Assembly: GCA_049646645.1 (NCBI GenBank)
Contig: JBARWF010000051.1
Location: forward strand, 18,227 to 82,226
Direction of reading: 5' to 3'
DNA: 64,000 nt
From: Thermomicrobiales bacterium
GTDB lineage: Bacteria > Chloroflexota > Chloroflexia > Thermomicrobiales > UBA6265
Numbering within the stretch: the stretch's first letter is position 1; each line of letters starts with the position of its first letter. This document shows positions 9,660-20,222 of the stretch, one piece after another. Under the pieces are notes generated by a model. That model saw only the letters and a program-made list of their open reading frames with translations, was not told where the DNA came from and did no database searches. Both the position numbers and the translations under genes were made by a program.

Positions 9660-11023
9660 GCGATCATACTCCTGCCGGCCCGAGCAGACCCGAGGGCATG
9701 ATCGGCGTAGCCTGGAGAGCTCAGTATAGCGTCCATCGTTTCGATGGTCTGCTCCAGGCTCTGGGTGCGGTGGTCGGAAAGCCCGATCTGCGACAGGTAG
9801 CGCGCATCGCCCGTCCGGTACGCGGCCAGCAGGCGTTCCATCCGCAGCCAGGCCGGCCACATCGCCCCCAGCATGATCGATTCGGGCAGGGGATCGACGG
9901 TGATCGGCCGGATACCGCTGCCGTCAACGACGGCCGGTACTTCGACGACAACATTCTCCGGGATCCCGGGCAACGCTCCCCGGTTCGGCACATTAACTAG
10001 GAACTGGCCCCGCTGATCCGTGGCCAGGGCCGTCATCAGGGGGACCATCTGCTCCCCGCTCATCTGCGGCGGGAAGACATCGCTCACCCGCTGGTGAGGA
10101 TCACGCGCGACGTCGTGCATCGCGCTGAGCTTCTGGTTGAGCCTGTCGAGGTAGACCGCCCATCCCTCGGCGGAATCGAAGCCACCCAGCGGCCCCCACC
10201 AGCGCTGCTTGGTCTCCCGGTCACGGTGATACCACCACGTCTCCGCCCAGAGCGCGCGTGACGCGTCGCCGATCGGCAGCAGGCCGTATCGGTGATACAT
10301 GTCGATCGCGGCCGGTGACATCTGGGTCTCGCTAAAATGGGGATTTCAACGCTGCCAGTAGCGCTCGGCGTCCTGTGCGATCCAGGCATCGAGGAGCGGG
10401 TATCCATTCTGGCCATTTACCCGGAACGTGGTCAGCCAGACGATGTGGTTGAAGCCGACCGATTCCAGCGTGGCGCTGCCAAGGTCGAACCCCAGCACTT
10501 CTGCCATCTCCCGGTAGCCGCCGAATGGGCCGTGGCACAGCCCGACAATCTTGATGTCGCTTTCGCGTGTCATGAGCGTACACCCCTCGAAGACGGGGTT
10601 GGACGATTGAATGAGCCAGGCATCGGGGCACAGCTCTTCCATATCCCGGACCACACTCAGCATCAGGTCGAACTGATTCGGCGCCGTCAGGTGCAACCCG
10701 CGGTAGTACCCGGCCCGTTCGCCGAGATCGCGTTCCGCTTCCTCCTGCGGATGTCCACCTGCCAGCGCGGTATTGATCACGAAGTCCGCATCTCGCAGTG
10801 CTGCCCGCCGGTCCGTCGTCTGCTCGATCTTGAGGTCTGCGCCGAGCTCATCGGCGTAACGACGGGCGAGGGTATGCACGATGTCGAGCCGCTCCGCGTC
10901 GATGTCCATCAGCGCGATCGTGCTGCCGTGCAGGGCGCTGGTCAGACAGAGGTCACGGACCAGACCCAACGAGAACTGGGCGCTGCCGGCGCCGATGACT
11001 GCCAGCCGAATTGATGTCGTCAT
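9656..11023 (-). pseudogene. GH4-family glycosidase paralog with one in-frame TGA
   Basis: ORFs 10346..11218 and 9656..10321 share a frame. The junction reads YWQR*NPHFSETQMSPAAIDMY, against YWATPVTRFSDTQLSRAAVDMY in the intact paralog 12812..14296. TGA at 10346-10348. IGAGSAQFS NAD motif, SNPV and GLCHG motifs present. ATG 11023 overlaps the GH2 stop (ATGA). Confidence 0.8.
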
Positions 11024-12822
11024 GCGAATTGCTCCTCCGTGTGGGCACCAATGGTCGCTGGCTGCGCGGTGAAGAGCTTGGTTACGGCGTCCAGGCATGC
11101 GTGCTTCGGCACCCTCGTCGCGCTGACCACGCCGTAATGACCGATCGGATAGGAGCGAACCCGGTTCGGATGCATCGGGTAGTCCTGCCAGCACCAGAGG
11201 AGCGCGCCCACTATCCACGGGCGCTCGGCGAATGTCTCGGCATGCGAGCGGATGGTTGCGGCGTAGCTTTCCTCACTCCAGGGCAATGCGCCGTGATGCC
11301 CGGGAAGTCCGATCCCTCCGAACTCGGTGATCACAATCGGCTTGTCGGGATAACGCCGATGCAGCGCGTCCAGGTGGCCTCCAAGCGCTGACTGGGCATG
11401 AGGGAGATCTTCCAATGTACGCACCGGAGGGTTGGTGTTGAGGCTGCCCTCGTATTCGTTGAGACAGAGCAGATCGTCGTCCTCAATCGCTGCATCGTTG
11501 CCGGTCTGCCAGACGTGATAGAGCATGACGTGTGTGACCAGCCGCGTCGTATCCAGCTCGCGGACGCGATGGATCAGCTCGCGGTTCGTCTGGTCAACTA
11601 ATGGGATCCCGCCCCCGGTCTCGTTACTGACACTCCAGATCACGACACAGGTTCGCGTGCGGTTTCGACGCACCATCTCCCCCACCTGTTGCAAGGCGGC
11701 GTCTACAGGCAGCGGCTCATCCTGTGCTGGCGTTGCCCGCCCCCAGCCCCAGAGAGGAATCTCATCCATCACCATGAGGCCGAGTCGATCGCAGGTCTCA
11801 TAAAATCGATCGTGCTGCGGGTAGTGGGAGGCGCGGACGAAATTGGCGCCGGTCTGCTTGATGGCTCGGAGATCGGCCTGCAACAACTCTTCGTCGTGGG
11901 CCCGGCCCGTCGTGGGGTAGTCCTCGTGCCGGTTGAAGCCGCGGAGCCGGATCGCTTCCCCGTTGAGCAGTAGGCGCGTGCCTGCGGTGACCAGGCGCCG
12001 GATCCCGATGTCGAACTGGCGCGTGTCGATGGTCTCGTCGTCGGACAGGGCAAGGTCGAGCGAATAGAGGCGGGGTTGATCGGGTGACCAGTAATCCACA
12101 GTGGCGAAGTCAAGCGTCGTCGTCCACGCCGTCTCCGCATGCGGCGGGATCTCCACCTCGAACGCGGCGTCCGTATCGTGCATTACCGCCCGCAACTGAC
12201 CGGTCCACTTCGTGTGACTCTCGTTGCGCAAAACCGCGTGCAGGGCGAGGCTGGCCGGGCCGGTACGGCCAGCGACCTTGGGTTGAGGATCGAGCGTCAC
12301 CTCGGCGATGTGCACGTGGGGCTGCCATTCGACAAAGACATCCCGATAGATTCCCCCATAGTTGACCCAACTCAGGCGGGTACCGGGGAGACGGTCCGGG
12401 AGCGAGCGGTTGTCCACGCGAACGACGAGGTGGTTGGGTGCTTCGGGCGCAAGCGCGTGATCGATCCGAAACTGAAAGGGCGTGAACCCGCCCTCGTGCG
12501 CGCCCAGATAGTGACCGTTCAGCCAGACGTCAGCGCGGTAGTTCACCCCATCGAAGTGGAGGTAAGGGATGCCTACGTCTCCGGTGAGCTCGAATGAGCG
12601 ACGGAACCAGACGTAGCCCTCAAAGCCGGCCAGCGCCGGGTCGGCCATATCCCAGCAGGCCGGGATCGTCATTTCCGGCCAGGTCGCATCGGGCGTATCC
12701 GGTGCCATCCAGCCCAGATGCTCACCGAACGCATGGGCGGGGGTGTCCGCAGCATAGCGCCACGAACCGTTCAGGCTCATTCGTGGTCTTGTCTCTCCAT
12801 GGGTGATCGGTTCAGTCTGCAA
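11020..12822 (-). CDS. GH2-family glycosidase (beta-galactosidase/beta-glucuronidase-like)
   Basis: 600-aa ORF. NFVRASHYPQ and WSVSNETG (acid/base NE) motifs and a GH2-like N-terminal sugar-binding region. Alternative start MSLNGSW at 12780. Confidence 0.9.
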   Translation of the reverse strand: MQTEPITHGETRPRMSLNGSWRYAADTPAHAFGEHLGWMAPDTPDATWPEMTIPACWDMADPALAGFEGYVWFRRSFELTGDVGIPYLHFDGVNYRADVWLNGHYLGAHEGGFTPFQFRIDHALAPEAPNHLVVRVDNRSLPDRLPGTRLSWVNYGGIYRDVFVEWQPHVHIAEVTLDPQPKVAGRTGPASLALHAVLRNESHTKWTGQLRAVMHDTDAAFEVEIPPHAETAWTTTLDFATVDYWSPDQPRLYSLDLALSDDETIDTRQFDIGIRRLVTAGTRLLLNGEAIRLRGFNRHEDYPTTGRAHDEELLQADLRAIKQTGANFVRASHYPQHDRFYETCDRLGLMVMDEIPLWGWGRATPAQDEPLPVDAALQQVGEMVRRNRTRTCVVIWSVSNETGGGIPLVDQTNRELIHRVRELDTTRLVTHVMLYHVWQTGNDAAIEDDDLLCLNEYEGSLNTNPPVRTLEDLPHAQSALGGHLDALHRRYPDKPIVITEFGGIGLPGHHGALPWSEESYAATIRSHAETFAERPWIVGALLWCWQDYPMHPNRVRSYPIGHYGVVSATRVPKHACLDAVTKLFTAQPATIGAHTEEQFA

Positions 12823-14296
12823 CGAGTGCCCCTTCCTCCGTACCGGCCAACGCCATGAGCCGGTCGAGGTCGCCGAAACGCTCGCGCAAGCGCGCGTTGA
12901 AGGGGAGGTCGAGCACCGCCTGCATGGCTGCGATCGCCTGCTCGGGGGTACGCGTCCGGTGATCCAGCAGAACCTGATGGAACCAGACTCTGGGGTCGCC
13001 CGTCAGGAAGGTGTCGAGATTCATCTCCATCTCGATGATTTTCGGCGTGATGACCTGGGTCATGAGCCGGCGAGGGAGTGGCGTGGTCCGGATAGGCTTG
13101 ATCCCGTCGCGACCCGCGAGCGCTGGCACCTCGACCACGACATCGTCGGGGATTCCGGCCAGGGCGCCGTGATTCGGGACGTTGACCTGGAAGATCGCTT
13201 GATGATCGTTGGCCAGTGCATCCATCAGCGGCACGATCTGCTCGCCGCTGTGTGCGGGAGGGAACGCGTCGGTAAGCTTCCCCTCGATGTCGGCAGCGGC
13301 CTCCTGAATGCGGGCGAGGTTCTCGTTCATCCTGCTCAGGTAGGTGCTCCAGCCGATCTCCGAATCGAATCCACCCAGTTCGCCGTACCAGCGCCGCTTT
13401 GTCGCGAGATCGCGGTGATACCACCAGCTCGATAGATACTGTGAGCCGCCAAAGCGGGGAGTATCTCCGATCGGGAAGAGCCCGAACATCCGGTACATGT
13501 CAACCGCCGCCCGCGAGAGCTGGGTGTCCGAGAACCGTGTGACGGGCGTCGCCCAGTAGTCGGCGGCGCGCTCGGCGATCCACTCATCGAGCAGGGAATA
13601 GGCATCTTCGCCCCGATAGCGGAACTGGGTCATCCAGATGCAGTGATTGACGCCGGGCGCCTCAAATGCAATGTCACGCTCGTCCAGTCCCAGTGTCTGG
13701 GCGATCTTGCGGTAGCCGTAATGACCGTGGCAGAGCCCGACCACCTTGACGCCGGTCTTCCTGGTCATCAGGGTGCAGCCCTCGAACACCGGGTTGCCCG
13801 ATTGCACGAGCCAGGCATCGGGACAGATCCGTTCCATGTCACGCGCGACGCTCAGCATCAACTCCAGGTTGAGATAGGGCAGCCGCACGCCACGATAGTA
13901 GCCATGCTCCTCCCAGGTGGCGCGTTGCCTCTCCTCGTCGCCGTGGGGCTGCGCGGCCGTATTCACCACGAAGTCGGCGTCCTGGAGCATGACCTCCCGC
14001 TCGAGGGTGGAGGTGAATTGCAGGTCGGCGCCGACCTCGTCGGCGTACCGTCGCGCCAGCCGCTCGATCGCCGCCAGGCGGTCGGCATCGATATCCATGA
14101 AGCAGATGTGACTTCCGGCCAGCCCCCGTGTGAGGCAGAGATCGCGCACGACATTGAGTGAGAACTGTGCGCTCCCCGCCCCGATGATGCCGATCTTGAC
14201 CGCGGTGCGGCCCGTCTTCGGCGTGAATGCGGGCGCGGCGAGGGCAAAGGGCAGTGCTACCTCCGTGTTGGTTGTCATCGTCTTTCGTTGTTCCAT
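12812..14296 (-). CDS. GH4-family NAD/Mn-dependent glycosidase (intact paralog)
   Basis: IGIIGAGSAQFS, SGNPVFEG and GLCHGH motifs. The ORF extends to 14356, but ATG 14296 (MEQRK) has a GAGAGGA Shine-Dalgarno about 9 nt upstream. Confidence 0.9.
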   Translation of the reverse strand: MEQRKTMTTNTEVALPFALAAPAFTPKTGRTAVKIGIIGAGSAQFSLNVVRDLCLTRGLAGSHICFMDIDADRLAAIERLARRYADEVGADLQFTSTLEREVMLQDADFVVNTAAQPHGDEERQRATWEEHGYYRGVRLPYLNLELMLSVARDMERICPDAWLVQSGNPVFEGCTLMTRKTGVKVVGLCHGHYGYRKIAQTLGLDERDIAFEAPGVNHCIWMTQFRYRGEDAYSLLDEWIAERAADYWATPVTRFSDTQLSRAAVDMYRMFGLFPIGDTPRFGGSQYLSSWWYHRDLATKRRWYGELGGFDSEIGWSTYLSRMNENLARIQEAAADIEGKLTDAFPPAHSGEQIVPLMDALANDHQAIFQVNVPNHGALAGIPDDVVVEVPALAGRDGIKPIRTTPLPRRLMTQVITPKIIEMEMNLDTFLTGDPRVWFHQVLLDHRTRTPEQAIAAMQAVLDLPFNARLRERFGDLDRLMALAGTEEGALVAD

Positions 14297-14359
14297 CGTC
14301 TCATTCCTCTCGTTCACCGGATTTGTCCCGTCTTGCCGGGCGCGACGACCGTGCATCCA

Positions 14360-15253
14360 TCATCCCTTCGTGGCCCCGATCACGACGCCGGAGAGGAACT
14401 TGTCCTGGAAGAGGAGGAAAACCACGATCAGGGGAATGGTGACGATCACGCAGCCCGCCATGAGCATGCCCCACGGGGTGAAGAATCCGACCAGTGGATC
14501 CTTGATCGTCGGCAGCATCGCCATGATCGGCCGGTACTTCGGATCGGTGACCACGACCAGCGGCCAGAGATAGTCGTTCCAGCGGCCGATGAAATGCAGG
14601 ATCGCGAAGGCCCCCAGCACCGGCGTCGAGAGCGGCATCACGATCTGCCAGAGCTGTTGCCAGATGTTGGCCCCGTCGAGGCGAGCCGCTTCCAGCAGTT
14701 CGCTGGGCAGGCTCAGCATGTATTGGCGAATCATGAAGAGCCCGAAAACGCTCGCCACGCTCGGGATGATCTGGACCTGATAGCTGTTCAGCCAGCCGAT
14801 GCGGGCGAACATGATGTAGAGCGGAGGCAAGGTCACCTCACCGGGGACCATCAGCGTTGCCAGCAGCATGCCGAAGATCACGTCGCGACCGCGAAAGGAG
14901 AGCTTGGCGAAGGCGAAAGCCGCCATGCCGGCGAGCACCACGGCCAGGATCGTGGAGACCGTGGCGATGAAAACGGAATTGAAGAAGCTGCGAAAAACCT
15001 CGTTGCCCTGATAATTCACCAGTTGACGGTAGCTCTCGAGGGTGATCTGACGCGGCCACCCCGCCGGGTTCTGCAAGACCTCCGTGTTGGACTTGAAGGA
15101 GTTCATCAACATCAGGGCGAACGGGTAGAGCGAGAGCACGACCGTCGCCAGCAGGATGAGATGCGTCACGATGCCGCTGATGCGGGGCCGTCGGCGGGCC
15201 CGCTCCGCGTTTCCGGCGGTTGGAGCGCTGGCCTTGGGCAGAGACGTCACCAT
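14360..15253 (-). CDS. Carbohydrate ABC transporter permease (MalG-like)
   Basis: 297-aa multi-TM ORF with EAA loop LLEAARLDGANIWQQLWQIVMP. Its start overlaps the upstream stop (TAATG). Confidence 0.9.
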   Translation of the reverse strand: MVTSLPKASAPTAGNAERARRRPRISGIVTHLILLATVVLSLYPFALMLMNSFKSNTEVLQNPAGWPRQITLESYRQLVNYQGNEVFRSFFNSVFIATVSTILAVVLAGMAAFAFAKLSFRGRDVIFGMLLATLMVPGEVTLPPLYIMFARIGWLNSYQVQIIPSVASVFGLFMIRQYMLSLPSELLEAARLDGANIWQQLWQIVMPLSTPVLGAFAILHFIGRWNDYLWPLVVVTDPKYRPIMAMLPTIKDPLVGFFTPWGMLMAGCVIVTIPLIVVFLLFQDKFLSGVVIGATKG

Positions 15254-16191
15254 TACAGGTCACCTTCCCGCTCCCGCAGCAGCCGAAACTGAACCAGGGA
15301 GACGACGACGATCGGGATGAAAATCAGCCAGGCCACGGCGGCCGCGGCCCCGAAGTCCGCGCCGCGAAGGTTCTGGTAGAGCTGGTTCATGATCGGTTGG
15401 AACTGCGGCGGTGCCAGGTTATTGCTGAAGAGCAGGTTGGGCTCCGCGAAAAGGCGCATCGAATTGATGCTGATGATGACGAGGGCGAAGAGAAAAGTCC
15501 GGCGCATGAGGGGAATCGTGATCGATCCCATGGTCTGCCAGGCATTGGCGCCATCCACCTTTGCCGCGTCATAGAGTTCCGGGTTGATCGTGGTTAGGCC
15601 GGCGAGAAAGATGACGAAGAACCAGCCGATACTGTGCCAGGAGCGGAGCAGGATGACCGCCAGCCGTCCCCACCAGACGTTCTGATCCCAGGCGATGTGC
15701 GTTCCCAGGACGGCGTTCAGCACGCCAGATTCTGGACTGAAGATGATCTGGAAGATCAGGGCCGCCGCGACCGCGGCCATGACGTTGGGGATGAAGATGG
15801 CTGGCTTGTAAAAGCGCTTGCCGAAGATCGAGCTCGAGTAGACCAGTACCGCGAGCAGGAATGAGAGCACGATAGTGAGCGCGGCGCTGCCGAGCCAGTA
15901 GACGATGGTGTTGGTCCACGACGACCAGAACTGGTGGTAATTAAGCATCCGGTCGTAGTTTGCCGTGCCGATGTACGTGGCTTTCCCGTATCCCCGGTAG
16001 CGGTAAAGACTGAGGACCAGGGAGTAGAGGGCGGGGATCACAAAGAGGATCAGAAAGGAGAATACGAACGGCGCGATCAGCAGGTAAGGGGCGAGGCGTT
16101 CCCAGAATCCACGCCGGATCTGGGGCGCCGTGCGCGCCCCAGTCGTTGTTCGAAATCGCAGCCCCGCCGTCTTTCGCGCGGTCGTGCTCAT
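15253..16191 (-). CDS. Carbohydrate ABC transporter permease (MalF-like)
   Basis: Multi-TM ORF with EAA loop ELYDAAKVDGANAWQTMGSITIP. Start set at ATG 16191 (MSTTARK), downstream of the binding-protein stop; the ORF extends to 16371. Confidence 0.9.
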   Translation of the reverse strand: MSTTARKTAGLRFRTTTGARTAPQIRRGFWERLAPYLLIAPFVFSFLILFVIPALYSLVLSLYRYRGYGKATYIGTANYDRMLNYHQFWSSWTNTIVYWLGSAALTIVLSFLLAVLVYSSSIFGKRFYKPAIFIPNVMAAVAAALIFQIIFSPESGVLNAVLGTHIAWDQNVWWGRLAVILLRSWHSIGWFFVIFLAGLTTINPELYDAAKVDGANAWQTMGSITIPLMRRTFLFALVIISINSMRLFAEPNLLFSNNLAPPQFQPIMNQLYQNLRGADFGAAAAVAWLIFIPIVVVSLVQFRLLREREGDL

Positions 16192-16228
16192 AGCGTTCTT
16201 CCCTGTCTGCGCGGGGTATGCGCGGAAC

Positions 16229-17617
16229 CTAGACCTGCCAGGGATCGCCGATCTGACTCTCCAGATCGTTCTGCAACCCATCGAGCACCCCGTCGACATC
16301 CACTTGACCGGCCGTAAACCGCTGAGACCAGTCGCCGATGAGTGCGATCTCCTGAGCCGAGCGTGGATCAAAGTCGATCCACTTCAGCCGTTCCTGCGCG
16401 GCGTAGACCACCGGGAAGTAGGTCTCCCCGAAGAAATCGGGCGGCCACGGGATCTGGGTGGCCTGGCTGCCGGGCGTGGGCGTCGCCACCGGCTTCGGCA
16501 TCGTCGGCACGATGTCGCGCGCACTCTTGACCACGGTGTTCTGGCCGCTGACCTCGAGCAGGGCCAAGGCTCCTTCCTTGGTCAGGTGGACGGTCGACAG
16601 GAACTCGAAGGCCGCTTCCGGATTCTTCGCCTGCTTGGGAATCACGTAGACCGACCCCCCCGAGTCACTGCCCTGGTTCGAGTCACCGACGGCCGGCCAG
16701 GCGTGCGCTTGCCAGAGCCCCGCCTGCTCGGGGACGTACTGCGGCAGGAACGACGTCATCCACTCGTTGATTAGAGTCGACGCTAGGGTGCCCGAGTCGA
16801 AGGCGGGAGCCCAGTCGGGATCGAAGTCGTCGACGGGGGCGACGAGGTCCGGATTGCGCAATTTGTCAGCGGCCTCGAAAAGCCCACGGAATCCGGGATG
16901 CGAGGTGACCTGGAACTTGCCCGCGTCGCGATCGTAGAAGCTCACCGGGGCGTAGGAGGTAAGGATGTTTTGCAGCCGGTAGCCGGTGAGGCCCTGGCGC
17001 ATGTTGTAGATGAAGGAGTTGGGCAGCTTCTCGTGGAGGGTGAGACCGGCATTGATGAAGTCGTCCCAGGTTTTCACCGCATCGGGGTCGATACCGGCCT
17101 GCTCGAAGAGGTCGGTCCGGTAGAACCACACCTTGGACTTGAGCTGGTTGGGGACGGCGATCACCTGCCCGTCAAATGAGGCGAGCTCGTAGGCGCTCTC
17201 GATGATGTCATCTTTGAAGGGAGCAGTCTTTTCGGTTAGATCGGTCAGCACACCCGCCGCCGCAAACTCGGGGATCTGGATCCGGTTGAAGTGGATGATG
17301 TCGGGGACGTCGTTCCCACCGGCGGAGAGCATCAGGCGGAATTGTTCAGCGACCTCGCCATCTCCCTGTCCGCCGACGATCGGCTCCATGGTGAGATTCT
17401 TGGCGGCGTCTGGCTTGACACGCTGGTAGGCAGCATAGTCCCAATTCACGCCATCAGGGCGGCCCCACACCATCATGCGGAGTTTGGTTGCGCTTTGGAT
17501 TGCTGCCGATCGCGCATTGATGACCGCCGGCGAGACGGTGGCACCAAGGGCGGTCGCTGCGGTGACAGTGGCGGCGGAGGTTAGCAGATGGCGACGGCTA
17601 TAGCGGTTTGCGGTCAT
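16229..17617 (-). CDS. Family-1 extracellular sugar-binding protein of the ABC transporter (Tat signal)
   Basis: 462-aa ORF. Twin-arginine N-terminus SRRHLLTSAATVTAATALGA. Sits upstream of the two permeases. Confidence 0.9.
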   Translation of the reverse strand: MTANRYSRRHLLTSAATVTAATALGATVSPAVINARSAAIQSATKLRMMVWGRPDGVNWDYAAYQRVKPDAAKNLTMEPIVGGQGDGEVAEQFRLMLSAGGNDVPDIIHFNRIQIPEFAAAGVLTDLTEKTAPFKDDIIESAYELASFDGQVIAVPNQLKSKVWFYRTDLFEQAGIDPDAVKTWDDFINAGLTLHEKLPNSFIYNMRQGLTGYRLQNILTSYAPVSFYDRDAGKFQVTSHPGFRGLFEAADKLRNPDLVAPVDDFDPDWAPAFDSGTLASTLINEWMTSFLPQYVPEQAGLWQAHAWPAVGDSNQGSDSGGSVYVIPKQAKNPEAAFEFLSTVHLTKEGALALLEVSGQNTVVKSARDIVPTMPKPVATPTPGSQATQIPWPPDFFGETYFPVVYAAQERLKWIDFDPRSAQEIALIGDWSQRFTAGQVDVDGVLDGLQNDLESQIGDPWQV

Positions 17618-17704
17618 GAGCGAAGACCTTTCTGTCAGACGTAGGCGACGATGTAGTGGTAGGACCCGACAAACGTGGCGCGGATGACAGAGATCGAGTT
17701 GGGG

Positions 17705-18643
17705 TTAGGTCGCCACCTCCTCCCGCGATGCGTAAGCGAGGGGGGCGGTCGTGAAGAAGGTGCTGACATCGGCAAGAATCCGATCCAGCTCGTGATGATC
17801 CAGCGCGTCCAGGGTGCTCATGCCCGGACCCCGCAGGGTGGCGGTGGCGATCACCCCGCGGCGGCGGAGCACCTCCTTGTAGACGGTCGCGCCGTAGAGC
17901 CATTCCATATTGAGCAGGGGAAGAAGCCGGTTGAAGATCTCGCGGGCGCCCTCCTCATCGCCGGCTTCGAGTGCGTTCCAGATGGCGACGTGGACATCCG
18001 TGACCTCGCAGGCCGGCATGGTGCCGCAGGAGCCACGCCGGTACTCGTCGAGCAGGAAACGTCCCGCCATCCCTCCCATGACGCCTTTCAATCGAGGTCC
18101 TGCTGCCTCCAGGATCGCCGTGATGACGTGACCGGGTGGTGAGGTCTCCTCCTTGATGTACTCCAGTCCATCGATCGTCTGGACGAGTTCGGCGAGGAAG
18201 CTGGCACTGAGCGGCGTGCCGATCGGCGCGGGGTAGTTCTGGATGAAGACCGGCAACCCGGCACTTGCCGCGACAACCTGGAAGTAGGTCGTGATTTCCG
18301 CCGGGGAGGCCTTCTTGACGTAGGGTGGCATCGCGATCACCGCGTCCGCCCCGACCTCCCCGGCGTGTCGTGCAAAGAGGGCGGCATGGTGACTCGTGGC
18401 CCCCGTTACCCCGATCACGACGGGGATGCGATGGGCCGCAGTCTCCGTCACGATCTCGGCCACGCGCAGTCGCTCCTGATCGGTCAGGCTGGAAAACTCA
18501 CTGGCGTTGACGGGGCAGACGAGCCCATGGGCTCCCGCCTGGATACAGAACTCAACACAGCGTTGCAGGCTCTCCTCGTCGAGGTTACCCGCGGTATCGA
18601 ACGGCGTGACCGGAATCGTGAACACTCCTCGGAACTGCGCCAT
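17705..18643 (-). CDS. DapA/DHDPS-family class I aldolase (likely 2-keto-3-deoxy-sugar-acid aldolase)
   Basis: 312-aa ORF. GVFTIPVTPFD..GNLDEESL N-terminus typical of the dihydrodipicolinate synthase family. Context with a sugar-acid dehydratase. Confidence 0.8.
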   Translation of the reverse strand: MAQFRGVFTIPVTPFDTAGNLDEESLQRCVEFCIQAGAHGLVCPVNASEFSSLTDQERLRVAEIVTETAAHRIPVVIGVTGATSHHAALFARHAGEVGADAVIAMPPYVKKASPAEITTYFQVVAASAGLPVFIQNYPAPIGTPLSASFLAELVQTIDGLEYIKEETSPPGHVITAILEAAGPRLKGVMGGMAGRFLLDEYRRGSCGTMPACEVTDVHVAIWNALEAGDEEGAREIFNRLLPLLNMEWLYGATVYKEVLRRRGVIATATLRGPGMSTLDALDHHELDRILADVSTFFTTAPLAYASREEVAT

Positions 18644-18813
18644 ACGGCCTCCTGATGGTGATCGATCGACGTTTTATTGTCCCGTGTATCTAATGCGCCC
18701 TAAAGTACGGATGGTGACATTGCATGTCAATATATGATGTGTACTTTCAAATAATGAAACTATGAAGTAGATTGGTGGTGGATATGGATCGCATATGGAA
18801 CAGGAGACACGTC

Positions 18814-19617
18814 ATGGGTGGAATGAGGGCCGCGAGGCAGCCGGCGGCAAGGAGTCAGACGGTAGAGCGGGCGGCGTCGATCCTGACCTGTTTCAGTGCC
18901 GAGACCCCTCACCTGTCACTGGCGGCAATTGCCGAACGGCTGGGGTTCAATCAAAGCACGGCCTACCGCTATGTCTCGACGTTGGAGGCGGCCGGGCTGG
19001 TCGAGCGCGACAATCGGATGGGTGGATACAAGTTGGGGCCGAGGGTGATCGAGCTCTCGAATGTGGCGCTCAATCAGAATGAGGTGCGCAAGCATGGCCT
19101 GGAAGAAGCGGACCGGCTGCGCGACGAGTTACGGGCGCTGGTTAGTCTAGGCGTGCTCTTCGAGGGAGACGTCCTGCATATCGCGCACGCCGTTCCTGAT
19201 CACTGGCCGCGTTGGCATACGACTGTGGGCCGCCGGGCCGTCGCCCATTGCACATCTCTGGGCAAGGTGCTCCTCGCCGCGCGACCCTGGCCCGAGGTTG
19301 TAGCCCTCATTGAGACGTATGGCTGGCGCCCGTACACTCCGAACTCGATTCAGGATTTTCACCGCCTAGAGCAGGAGTTGGCCGAGGTTCGGGAGCAAGG
19401 CTACGCGATAGATCACGAGGAGCGAAATCGGGGCACGATCTGTCTTGGCGCTCCTATCCGGGACTTCTCAGGTGAGGTGGTGGCCGCGCTCAGCGTCAGT
19501 GCCAAGGTGGACAAGATGCCTCTCGACTCGTGGGTGGAAGTGGCACCCCGGGTCTGCGAGGCAGCTAACCGGATCTCATTCCGCCTGGGCTATCAGCAGA
19601 GTTCGGCATATTTGTAG
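18814..19617 (+). CDS. IclR-family transcriptional regulator
   Basis: wHTH LSLAAIAERLGFNQSTAYRYVSTLEAAGLV plus an IclR effector domain. ATG 18814 is preceded by AGGAG; the ORF opens at 18772. Divergent from the sugar operon across an AT-rich spacer. Confidence 0.85.
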   Translation: MGGMRAARQPAARSQTVERAASILTCFSAETPHLSLAAIAERLGFNQSTAYRYVSTLEAAGLVERDNRMGGYKLGPRVIELSNVALNQNEVRKHGLEEADRLRDELRALVSLGVLFEGDVLHIAHAVPDHWPRWHTTVGRRAVAHCTSLGKVLLAARPWPEVVALIETYGWRPYTPNSIQDFHRLEQELAEVREQGYAIDHEERNRGTICLGAPIRDFSGEVVAALSVSAKVDKMPLDSWVEVAPRVCEAANRISFRLGYQQSSAYL

Positions 19618-20222
19618 TGGGATCTGGCTGACTGAACCACACCGTTGGCAACGTTAGGGCGGACCCGGGGCTGGACATAGCTAGTCGAACGAGCCTCTCA
19701 GCGCTCCTATCACATCCTCGACGTCAACGGGAATCAAACCGGCTCGATTGGACCTGGGACAATCGCGCTCCCAGGCAGGAGAGGCGACGAACGACGGGCC
19801 CAACAGCAGCAGGCTGACGAATTCCCGTAGGGATGTGCCATCCGGTGAAAACGATCGCCTGGACTGGATACGTATGATGGGTCCTTGGTGGTACCAGGTG
19901 CGAACGCGCCCACCGCTCTAGTCAATCAGTGACTAGGGATGCGTATCCCAGAGGAGAACCGGCAATCAGTCGAGAGGCATGTGGCGTCGACGCAGCGACA
20001 ACCCACCATCGGATACGCTTCATCAGGTGAGCAGCCGTGTGGCGTCGCGTCTGCGTGCGGCTCTCATTGCTCGACTTGCACGCAACACCGAGGAAAGGAA
20101 ACGTCCTTGTGACATCCTCTGCTCCTCACGTCCAAGACACCGTGGGGAACAGGGAGGTCACGAGCGACTCAGGGAGAATGGGAGTACCGATGGGCTCGCA
20201 TTTTCGGAGAGACCCTTGCCTC

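Noticed and set aside
8592-10348. In-frame TGAs read as selenocysteine, or as a reassigned codon (code 4/25)
   Set aside because: TGA ends many intact genes here (GH2, the dppB-like gene, SBP copy 2, the GH35-like gene). The intact GH4 paralog has Pro, not Cys, at the aligned position. No SECIS-like hairpin is evident just downstream.
18741-18768. Imperfect inverted repeat TACTTTCA-N13-TGAAGTA in the IclR/aldolase divergent spacer, as an IclR operator
   Set aside because: Only a 7-bp imperfect match in AT-rich sequence, which cannot be told apart from chance without comparative data.
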